NCBI GenBank assembly: GCA_963666835.2
Contig: CAXXGO010000001.1
Span: 96,001 to 160,000 of the forward strand
Length of the DNA: 64,000 bases
From: Phycisphaerae bacterium
GTDB lineage: Bacteria > Planctomycetota > Phycisphaerae > UBA1845
Direction: 5' to 3'
This document shows, in pieces, positions 13,237-21,384 of the stretch. The notes beneath the pieces are model-generated. The model was not told where the DNA came from and did no database searches. It saw only the letters and a program-made list of their open reading frames with translations. Each line of letters starts with the position of its first letter. Positions within the stretch are counted from its first letter, which is position 1. Made by a program: the position numbers and the translations under genes.

Positions 13237-13914
13237 ATGCGCGTCTTGGTGATCGAGGACGAGCCGGGTGTGGCCGGCTTCGTAAGGAAGGGTCTGTGCG
13301 AAGCTTCCTACGCTGTTGACGTTTCGGACGACGGTATTGACGGGCTCAACTTAGCCTGCTCAAACCAATACGATGCTATCGTGCTCGACCTGATGCTCCC
13401 GGGGAAGGACGGTTTCACGGTTCTGCAGGAGCTTCGTTCCCAGGACGTGCGGACCCCCGTGATCTGTTTGACCGCCCGGGATGCCGTGGACGATCGCGTT
13501 AAAGGTCTGGACCTTGGCGCCGATGACTATCTCACCAAGCCATTCAGCTTTACAGAGTTGCACGCCCGAATCCGCGCTCTGCTGCGCCGGGGGCACGAAG
13601 TCACCACGAACCCGATTGTCGTTGCAGATTTGGCGGTCGATGTGCTCGCCCGAAGTGTGCATCGTGGCCGGCGGCGAATCGACCTGTCTCCCAATGAGTT
13701 CGCATTGCTGGAGTACCTGGCGCGCAACGCCGGCCAGGTTCTCTCGCGGACGATGATCCTTGAGCATGTGTGGGATATGAACCAGGATCCGATGACTAAC
13801 GTGGTCGATGTCCACATCAACCGCCTGCGGAAGAAGGTCGATGCCGGGTTTCACCCTTCGTTGATCCACACCATTCGTGGAGTAGGGTATGTCCTCCGGA
13901 ACGACGAGCCCTAA
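13237..13914 (+). CDS. OmpR-family heavy-metal response regulator (CusR/CopR-like)
   Basis: MRVLVIEDE, DLMLPG, GADDYLTKPF, NVVDVHINRLRKK, IHTIRGVGY. Confidence 0.95.
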   Translation: MRVLVIEDEPGVAGFVRKGLCEASYAVDVSDDGIDGLNLACSNQYDAIVLDLMLPGKDGFTVLQELRSQDVRTPVICLTARDAVDDRVKGLDLGADDYLTKPFSFTELHARIRALLRRGHEVTTNPIVVADLAVDVLARSVHRGRRRIDLSPNEFALLEYLARNAGQVLSRTMILEHVWDMNQDPMTNVVDVHINRLRKKVDAGFHPSLIHTIRGVGYVLRNDEP

Positions 13915-15331
13915 CAGAGTATTCAGAACCATCGGAGCACGACTGACGCTCTGGAGCGTGGGCGTCATGCTGTGCGCCTGCATACTGCTGTGCGGCACGT
14001 TGTATGCGGGCATGTTCTATGCGCTGCGCGGCGAGGTGGACAGGTTCCTCGAAGGCGAGGTGCACGAGTTCATGGTCACGGTGAATGCGCATCCGAGCGA
14101 CGACGTCGGCCTCGAGCAGGCGATCCAACGGGAACTCGGAGGGCGGACCCGAAGGGATCTGGCGTTTCGACTTTTCGACCGGGATGGGCACCTGATCGTC
14201 ACGAGTGAACCGGCAGACCCGTTGGAAGGCGTGTGGACCCCACCGGCAAGCGCAGATTGGGAAAGCCATTCCCTGCACTACGAAAGCGTTCGAGTAGCCG
14301 TTCATCCACATGCGTTTCGCCTCTGCAGCCTTCGCGTGGAGACGCTCGACGGACGAGCCTGTATAGCCCAGGCCGGCTACATGCTTGACCGTATGGCCAC
14401 CTCGCTAGCTCTATTCCGTCGAGTATGCGCTGTTGTCATGGTGGTTGCAGTTCTCGCCGCGGCGGCAGCCGGGAGGTTCCTTGCGAGGCGCAGTCTGCGG
14501 CCGGTACAAGCAGTCGTTGAAACGGCGCGGCGGATCGGCGGCGACAGTCTGACCGAGCGGATTCCCCTGGCCGGAACGGGTGACGAACTGGACCAGTTGG
14601 CGAAGACTCTCAACAACATGCTGGACCGGATTGAGCATCACGTCCAGCAAGTGCAGCAGTTCACCGCAGATGCGTCACACGAACTGCGCTCACCGCTGGC
14701 CGCGTTGCGCGGCAGCGCCGAGTTGGCCCTGACGCGCCCGCGCACCGCCGAGGAACTCCGCAATGTGATCGAAGAGAGCATTGAACACTACGATCGTCTG
14801 GCAAGAGTCGCAGAAGACCTACTTCTCCTCACCCGTGCGGATGCCGGCGATCAGATACTCCACTACGAGTCTGTCCGGCTTGATACTGCAGTGCAAAACG
14901 TGGTCGATCTGTACGCGCCACTTGCGCAGGAGTGCGGGATCGATTTGGTGCCAAGCCACCCGGCGGAGATCGAACTCGAGGCCGACGGCACACGCCTGCG
15001 CCAGCTTATCGGGAACGTGCTCGATAACGCCATCAAGTACACCGAGGCGGGCGGTCAAGTGACGGTCTCTCTGGCTCAGGCTGACAGCGTGGCCCGGCTC
15101 ACGGTTCGTGACACCGGAGTGGGAATTCCCGCTGAGCATCTGCCGCGGGTGTTCGACCGATTCTACCGAGTCGACCGTGCCCGTTCTGGGAAGAGCCGAG
15201 GTGCCGGGCTGGGTCTTGCTATCTGCCGCATGATCGCTGAAGCCCATGACGGGAAGATCAGCGTTTCAAGCGAGCCGGGCGACGGTACGCGTGTCACGGT
15301 GGTGCTTCCTATCCGCGCGCGTGAAGGCTAG
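13889..15331 (+). CDS. Heavy-metal sensor histidine kinase (CusS-like)
   Basis: Two TM helices, HAMP domain, H-box FTADASHELRSPL, N-box NVLDNAIKY, DTGVGI, FDRFYRVD, GAGLGLAI. Confidence 0.95.
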   Translation: MSSGTTSPNRVFRTIGARLTLWSVGVMLCACILLCGTLYAGMFYALRGEVDRFLEGEVHEFMVTVNAHPSDDVGLEQAIQRELGGRTRRDLAFRLFDRDGHLIVTSEPADPLEGVWTPPASADWESHSLHYESVRVAVHPHAFRLCSLRVETLDGRACIAQAGYMLDRMATSLALFRRVCAVVMVVAVLAAAAAGRFLARRSLRPVQAVVETARRIGGDSLTERIPLAGTGDELDQLAKTLNNMLDRIEHHVQQVQQFTADASHELRSPLAALRGSAELALTRPRTAEELRNVIEESIEHYDRLARVAEDLLLLTRADAGDQILHYESVRLDTAVQNVVDLYAPLAQECGIDLVPSHPAEIELEADGTRLRQLIGNVLDNAIKYTEAGGQVTVSLAQADSVARLTVRDTGVGIPAEHLPRVFDRFYRVDRARSGKSRGAGLGLAICRMIAEAHDGKISVSSEPGDGTRVTVVLPIRAREG

Positions 15332-15443
15332 CTAGACCTCGACGCGCATGTTACCGTCCCCTTCGGCGAAACGCTGTGATGTGTGCCCGCAGTCGTTCGC
15401 TTCAGGCTGCCGATGAGGGTGTGAACGCAGGGAAGACTTGAAC

Positions 15444-15610
15444 ATGAGCAGCGCCGGCGAGGGTAACACGGAGTATCTGCACGGGGCCGAGGCGTCGGAG
15501 CAGGCGCGGTTGGAGGCGCAGGCGGAGATGCTCGGCGGGGCGGAGTTCCTGCCGCCGCTGAAGCCCGAAATGCACGTGGTCGAGGTCGGCTGTGGGACGG
15601 GGGCGATTGC
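15444..15610 (+). pseudogene. Second, shorter methyltransferase 5' fragment fused to repeat A copy 2
   Basis: 15471-15610 matches the methyltransferase start up to GTGAIA, then switches to AAGAAAGGGTATGACCTGG (cf. 7751). Confidence 0.85.
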
Positions 15611-15826
15611 AAGAAAGGGTATGACCTGGTGCTCTTCCCCGTCGATGCGGGCTCTTGACGCTCGGCCAGGTATGCCGGCCCACTTCGCGGTATGCGAGCT
15701 CACGCCAGGGGGTTACCATGCAAGTGGTACGGCCGCGCGGATGGGTTCGCGGGCCTGCACCGCTGCAACCGGCCGGCACGGGTCAGGTTGCTCCAACACT
15801 CATCCTGACGTCGGAGCGCGACTGCC

Positions 15827-16720
15827 ATGGCCGCACACTCTATTGACCGCCTTAAACAACTGACACTTGTTGCGCTCTTCTCTGATGACGAACTGGTGCA
15901 GACACTCGTGTTGAAAGGCGGAAACGCGCTCAGCTTGGCGTACGGCATGACAGCACGCGCGTCCTTCGACCTCGATTTCTCGATGGAAGGACAGTTCGAT
16001 CTCTCCGACCTGGAGAAGATCAGGTCGACAGTTGACCACCGCCTCAAGCAGACTTTCGACCCGGAAGGATATGTTGCCTTTGATGTGACGATCGAAGCCA
16101 AGCCGGAAGACATTTCACCTGAAGCAGAGTCCTTCTGGGGCGGCTATGATCTGCAATTCAAGCTCATCCCACGGACGCGCTATGAGGAGCTGGGGGGCGA
16201 TCTGCACGCCATTCGCCGCGAAGCCGTGCCCCCCCGTCCCGGTGGCAAAGCTCGCTTCGAGATAGACATCAGCAAGCACGAGTACTGCACGGGAAAACAA
16301 ACCGTCAAAATCGATGAGTTCACCGTCTACGTGTACACGCCGACCATGGTGGTGTGCGAGAAGATCCGCGCCATCTGTCAGCAGGCACCTGAGTACACTG
16401 CGAAGATGGAGAAGCATCGCGCCGTCCGTACGCGTGACTTCTTCGATATCCACGAGACGGTTACGCACTTCGGAATCCGCCCGGCCACCCCGGAGAACCA
16501 AGAGCTTCTCAGGAACATGTTCGCTGCCAAACACGTGTCGCTCGAACTGCTCCCTCGAATCGAGGAGCAACGTGAGTTTCACCGGCAAGGTTGGGATGCC
16601 CTCAAGGACACCGTTGATCCACGCGTAAACCTGTGCGACTACGACTACTACTTCGATTACGTCCAGGACATTTGCCGTGAACTCGCTCAGGTGATGCGTC
16701 TCAACCCTTTCGGCACGTAG
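15827..16720 (+). CDS. abiEii: AbiEii/AbiGii-family nucleotidyltransferase toxin (type IV TA / abortive infection)
   Basis: LVLKGGNAL...RASFDLDFS (Pol-beta-like NTase motif), EKIRA, RTRDFFDI. Confidence 0.9.
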   Translation: MAAHSIDRLKQLTLVALFSDDELVQTLVLKGGNALSLAYGMTARASFDLDFSMEGQFDLSDLEKIRSTVDHRLKQTFDPEGYVAFDVTIEAKPEDISPEAESFWGGYDLQFKLIPRTRYEELGGDLHAIRREAVPPRPGGKARFEIDISKHEYCTGKQTVKIDEFTVYVYTPTMVVCEKIRAICQQAPEYTAKMEKHRAVRTRDFFDIHETVTHFGIRPATPENQELLRNMFAAKHVSLELLPRIEEQREFHRQGWDALKDTVDPRVNLCDYDYYFDYVQDICRELAQVMRLNPFGT

Positions 16721-17604
16721 ATTCGCCACTCCGGCACGTACTCGGTTTCCTCCATCCCGTAGGCCAAGTAGAAGTCGAACTCGTACTCGAATCCATCACG
16801 AAACAGCTCAACCGCGCTGCGATCATATACACCGGCCGCTTCGAGATAGAAACCGATCGCCTGGTGATACGGATAGACGTGGCCGAGCTTTCGGAGCAAT
16901 CCCGCCAATCGATTCACCGATACCCGCCCTGCGGCCCGCTCATAGGCCTTCCGTACCTCGGCAACGCCTCCTGAATAGAAAGGACGCACGGCAATATCGA
17001 TCAACGTTCGCTCAATGTCCGTCAGCCGCAGCACTACCTTCCCGCCCTCTTCCGGCAAGACAGTCTTACGCTCCTCGACCCCAAGATAGCCCGTGTGCTT
17101 TCCGTTGAGCAGACAGACGCGTAGCCCTTGCCGCGCCATGCCCTTGACATTGGCCACGTTCTTCGTCATTCGCGGATTCCGACGAAAGGCCAGGTCGATG
17201 CGATCCTGACTCAACCCTGCCGCTGATGCCGGCTTTGGTCTTTGCTCGTGATTGATGTACACGGTTCGCGGATCCTGCTCGGTCAGATCGTGCATCTGAA
17301 CGGCCGTGAAATGCGAGAAGTGGCAACCAGGTTTCAGCGTAAGAAGGACCGCCTCTAACGGAACCCCGCCCCAGCAATACCGGACCTCCTTCCGTTGCGG
17401 GAATCCAAACTCCATCCTTCGCAGCTTCCGGCTCTTGATGAGGTACTCCAGAAACTCCCCGAACGCCATGCTTTGCGCCAGCCGCCACCGTTCACGGTTT
17501 TCTGCGAGAATGCGCTCCAACTCGCGCTGCCGGTAAACCCGCGTCTCTCGACTTTCGAAAGACTTGAGAATCTCCGCTCTTGCTAATTGAAGGCGCGTCG
17601 GCAT
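16687..17604 (-). CDS. abiEi: AbiEi-family antitoxin / transcriptional regulator
   Basis: SHFTAVQMHDLTEQDP.TVYIN and TDIERTLID motifs. ATG at 17604 follows a GAGGAAG RBS. Converges on and overlaps abiEii. Confidence 0.78.
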   Translation of the reverse strand: MPTRLQLARAEILKSFESRETRVYRQRELERILAENRERWRLAQSMAFGEFLEYLIKSRKLRRMEFGFPQRKEVRYCWGGVPLEAVLLTLKPGCHFSHFTAVQMHDLTEQDPRTVYINHEQRPKPASAAGLSQDRIDLAFRRNPRMTKNVANVKGMARQGLRVCLLNGKHTGYLGVEERKTVLPEEGGKVVLRLTDIERTLIDIAVRPFYSGGVAEVRKAYERAAGRVSVNRLAGLLRKLGHVYPYHQAIGFYLEAAGVYDRSAVELFRDGFEYEFDFYLAYGMEETEYVPEWRIYVPKGLRRIT

Positions 17605-17617
17605 CTTCTTCCTCACT

Positions 17618-17647
17618 GGTGTTTGAAGTATATATACTTCAAACACC
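17618..17647. promoter_or_regulatory. Perfect 30-bp palindrome (putative AbiEi operator 1)
   Basis: GGTGTTTGAAGTATA|TATACTTCAAACACC, 13 nt upstream of the abiEi ATG. Confidence 0.75.
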
Positions 17648-17729
17648 TCTGACCACTAGCACATATCTCGTAGCGGTTCTGAACAACTCTCCCGCGGCGC
17701 TATGCAGCGAACACGCTTTCAGAGGTACA

Positions 17730-17767
17730 CCGGACAGTATGTAGTATATATACTTCATACTGGCCGG
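17730..17767. promoter_or_regulatory. Near-perfect palindrome (putative operator 2)
   Basis: CCGGACAGTATGTAGTATATATACTTCATACTGGCCGG; same AGTATATATACT core. Confidence 0.7.
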
Positions 17768-17959
17768 GCACGCAAGAGACAATCTCGGATGGTCACTCAC
17801 GCGGAATGGGTGATACAAACCGTTCACGGGGTCGAGGCCCTGCAAAAAAGCGGGTTTCTGTCTCGGGTGGCATGGAGGAACAGGCAAAACGGGCCCGAGA
17901 ACCCGGAAAGAACGCTGTTTTTAGAGCGCCAGGGGCGCCTTCGCACCGTGAACACCGAC

Positions 17960-17989
17960 GGGATACGTAGTATATATACTACGTATCCC
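17960..17989. promoter_or_regulatory. Perfect 30-bp palindrome (putative operator 3)
   Basis: GGGATACGTAGTATA|TATACTACGTATCCC; same core. Confidence 0.7.
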
Positions 17990-18427
17990 AATGGATGCCC
18001 ACACGTCGTTCGCAACTTACTAAGACGTGCAGGCCGCAACCCCGTCACCGAAGCAAGGCACCATGGCTTGCAGTAAAGCGGGAATTGAGCCTGGCGAGCA
18101 GACTGTGCGTCTGTTAGCTTCACGTTGGTATGCAGGGCACCAAACAGCGGATGCTCCAGTTCTACCACGGCTACGCGGCAACCATCGTGTCGCGGGAAAT
18201 CGTAGAACAGAAGCGCATTTGGCGAAAAGACGCGACTTGGCCGTCGAGATTCACTTCGTTCCGCCTACACGAAAGCCCCAGCCGGTGTGAAGCAGCACGG
18301 CGCCCCTCACGCACCCGCCGATTCTATGCGGCCCCACGCCAGGGGGTTACCATGCAAGGGGCGCGGCCTCGCGGATGGGTCCGCCGGCCGCTGTCGGGGT
18401 AGGGCCTTCAGTAGGGGAGCGGATAAC

Positions 18428-19258
18428 ATGAGCGACAACGGCGCCGGCGAGGGTAACACAGAGTATCTGCACGGGGCCGAGGCGTCGGAGCAGGCGCGGT
18501 TGGAGGCGCAGGCGGAGATGCTCGGCGGGGCGGAGTTCCTGCCGCCGCTGAAGCCCGAAATGCACGTGGTCGAGGTCGGCTGTGGGACGGGGGCGATTGC
18601 GCGGCGGGTGGCCCGCAAGCTCGGCTCCGGTGAAGTGATCGGTGTCGATCGGCAAGAGGCACAGTTGGAGACCGCCCGGCGACTGGCCGACGGGGACGGC
18701 GTGGAGAACATCCGGTTCGTGCTGGGAGCGGCCGACGCGCTTGATCTTCCGTCCTCGTCCTGCGACGCGGCGTATGGGCGGTTCATCTTGGAGCACGTGG
18801 CCGACCCGGTGGCGGTGGTGCGGGAGATGGCCCGGGTAGTGAAACCGGGCGGTTGGATCTGCGTTTACGAGTGGGACAACGCGATGGAGTCGATCTATCC
18901 GGATTCGCCGCACCACCGGGCGGTCTGGGCGGGTATCTACCGGCTGCAGGAGTTGCAGGGCGGGGATCCGTGGATGGCTCGACAGCTTCGGCGGGTGTTT
19001 ATGGAGGCCGGGCTGGCGAACGTGACGGCCGAGGCGCGGGTATGGACGGTCACCGGCGGCGAGCCGGACAAGCTCCGGGTACTCGTGGACGGCGCCCGCG
19101 AGATCATCCGGCAATCTCGTGCCGGGCTACTGGAACGCGGGCTCGTGGCGCAGGAAGCTCTCGACGGAGCGGAGGGCGAGTACGACCGCCTTCTGCGCAC
19201 TGCCCACAGTTACGTTGCGGAGGGTTTCTGCCGCGCTGTTGGCAGTGTGCGCGACTGA
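18428..19258 (+). CDS. Class I SAM-dependent methyltransferase (intact copy)
   Basis: VEVGCGTG motif I, ILEHVADP, RVVKPGG; ATG at 18428 follows GGGGAG. Confidence 0.92.
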   Translation: MSDNGAGEGNTEYLHGAEASEQARLEAQAEMLGGAEFLPPLKPEMHVVEVGCGTGAIARRVARKLGSGEVIGVDRQEAQLETARRLADGDGVENIRFVLGAADALDLPSSSCDAAYGRFILEHVADPVAVVREMARVVKPGGWICVYEWDNAMESIYPDSPHHRAVWAGIYRLQELQGGDPWMARQLRRVFMEAGLANVTAEARVWTVTGGEPDKLRVLVDGAREIIRQSRAGLLERGLVAQEALDGAEGEYDRLLRTAHSYVAEGFCRAVGSVRD

Positions 19259-19369
19259 GGCCGAGGCGCGGTCGCTGGACGTAACGGCGTATGGTCGGAG
19301 CCCAGACGCCGACGTTGCTTGGTCGGCACCGGCGCAGGATTGCCGTCCTTGCGCATCGCGCAAAGACCG

Positions 19370-19403
19370 TGGCAGGTCTCGTTCCTCGACCGTGCCCTAC
19401 GAG
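19370..19403 (-). repeat. GTAG-type REP-like element, copy 1
   Basis: 33/34 identical to 61469-61502; the minus strand reads GTAG followed by an imperfect hairpin. Confidence 0.7.
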
Positions 19404-19525
19404 GGCGGCGATTTGTTGACCGGTGGAGCTCAGCGCACCGAGTGACACGGCGATCTTCGCGCGATGTGCGCCTTGTGCCGTTACGCCGGCAGGCTGGAAG
19501 CCTGCGTTAGATGGCGATGTCGACC

Positions 19526-21370
19526 CTATCGCGGGGCGACGAGGTTTTCGCCGGACAGATCGTCTTTGCGGGTCGCATCCCCGCCCGTGCTGAAGGACGT
19601 TATCTCGGCACCCGGGTCGACGAGGAAGAGCAGCACCAACTGGTAGTTGCCTTTGAGGTGCTCGTCCTTGATCCTGGTAAACGCTCCCAGCCCGCCGATC
19701 GTACCGGCTTGCTCCGGGAAGTACTGAACCTCGATGACCTCGCGACCGTTGACTGAGGCGATCGCGTATTTCCCGACGATGCTATACCGATTCCCGGTGG
19801 CGTCTTCGACGTAGAAGTTCTGGACGGTCTGCAGGGCTTGGTCGAGTATTCTGCCCAACCCGCTTCGCGAGTGCAAACGGGCGGTGTTAAGTTGGAGCAA
19901 GCGCTTGTCGCGGGGAACGTCGAAGTGGCTGGCGGGGCGATCCTGGCCGTTGTCCTGTTCGTCCATGTTTCCGACGAAATGCCCGTTCCTGATCCGACCG
20001 CGGCGAACCTGAGGATCTCGATCAGCCTGATACGCTTTGAGTTCGATCGGGGTCTGATCTCCGAAGAAGGAGGACGCTGCAACAGTCGTTATCCCGCGGA
20101 CGTTTCCGCCCCGGCCGGAGTCTGCGACGGTTTCATCCTCGGATCGCTCGCGACGATTCCGCCGTGAGCGACCGCGTCGAGTTTCGGGCTCTGTCGGAGG
20201 GGGAGTCGGCGGCGTCGAGGTGACTGTAGCGCTCGACGGGGTCGCCGGAGCCGAAGTAGTCCCGGGAGTTTCTTTGAGAGTAATCTTGGCTCTGCCGCTG
20301 CGTTTATACTCAAGAAAGTCGGCCGCAAAGCCCTTAGGAAGCTCGAAGACGACTTCCACCTCGTTGATCTTACCGTCGCGCGGTTTGAACAGATCATCGA
20401 CGATCGACCAGTACTTGCCCCCGGCGTGAACATGGCTGATATGCCGGTTTACGGCCTGGGTATCATCCTGTTGCTGGATCGCGATCGGATAGTATTGGCC
20501 GAAGGGTCCGTCATTGCGCTCACGTCCCACGAGGCGGAACTGGCGGATGGTGAACAGGTGACTCTTGCGGGTATCCCGGGCCGCGTTGCCCAGGGCGACC
20601 CGGACCGCCCAGAACTCGTTGCCGCTTCCCGGGGATACCGGGTCGAATTGGGGAGGATCGTGCGATCTTGGTGGGGGTATCTTGTGCTTATAGACGAACG
20701 GAACCTTGCTGACCTCCTTGACAGAGATCGAACCGGCCGCGGCGTACCGTGACACCGTTGCGGGGACGGCGTTCAGCCAAGCGGTGGCCTCGACGATGTC
20801 CGGATTCCCCTCAGCCAAGCCGTGCTCTCCGGCAAAGATGCCGTGCGAGAGCAGGGTGGCCAGTCCGACGGCGAAACGATCCGGGGTCAGATAGTACTCT
20901 TTAATGGGCGCACGGGGATCCGGTGGTTCTTCGCTGCTGGTCTTCCTTGCTTCGGGATCCGGAGTGACGAGAACGCGCTGATAACCGAGGAAGGAGACCC
21001 CCATGGGCACGTTCGTCAACGCGAACTCCAACATTCCCGTAACCACAAAACCGGTGATCAATCCGCAGAGCCCGGCTCCGGCCCGATCGAACCAGCCCGG
21101 TAGCAGGCACGTTCGACGGATGAGCTTATCCGTGACCAGCCGCAGGATCAGCAGGGGGATTCCGAACACCACTGCTATAGCGATCGCGTGAGCATAATCG
21201 GGCTTCCACGCCATCAGGTACTTGACGGCGATCCACTCGTAAGTGCCTATCGAAGCCGCGGCACAGCAGATCGTGAGCACTGTCATGATCAGGGCACTAA
21301 ACGCCCCCTGTGAGCTCTGAAGCACGGCAATCGCAAAAATCAGGATTACGAAAAGGAGCGGTATCCACAT
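19526..21370 (-). CDS. CvpA-family membrane protein with large extracytoplasmic extension
   Basis: N-terminal TM bundle (QGAFSALI...DRAGAGLCGLITG), then soluble domains and a Pro/Thr-rich linker. Confidence 0.7.
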   Translation of the reverse strand: MWIPLLFVILIFAIAVLQSSQGAFSALIMTVLTICCAAASIGTYEWIAVKYLMAWKPDYAHAIAIAVVFGIPLLILRLVTDKLIRRTCLLPGWFDRAGAGLCGLITGFVVTGMLEFALTNVPMGVSFLGYQRVLVTPDPEARKTSSEEPPDPRAPIKEYYLTPDRFAVGLATLLSHGIFAGEHGLAEGNPDIVEATAWLNAVPATVSRYAAAGSISVKEVSKVPFVYKHKIPPPRSHDPPQFDPVSPGSGNEFWAVRVALGNAARDTRKSHLFTIRQFRLVGRERNDGPFGQYYPIAIQQQDDTQAVNRHISHVHAGGKYWSIVDDLFKPRDGKINEVEVVFELPKGFAADFLEYKRSGRAKITLKETPGTTSAPATPSSATVTSTPPTPPPTEPETRRGRSRRNRRERSEDETVADSGRGGNVRGITTVAASSFFGDQTPIELKAYQADRDPQVRRGRIRNGHFVGNMDEQDNGQDRPASHFDVPRDKRLLQLNTARLHSRSGLGRILDQALQTVQNFYVEDATGNRYSIVGKYAIASVNGREVIEVQYFPEQAGTIGGLGAFTRIKDEHLKGNYQLVLLFLVDPGAEITSFSTGGDATRKDDLSGENLVAPR

Positions 21371-21384
21371 AGCCTTTCAGCCTT

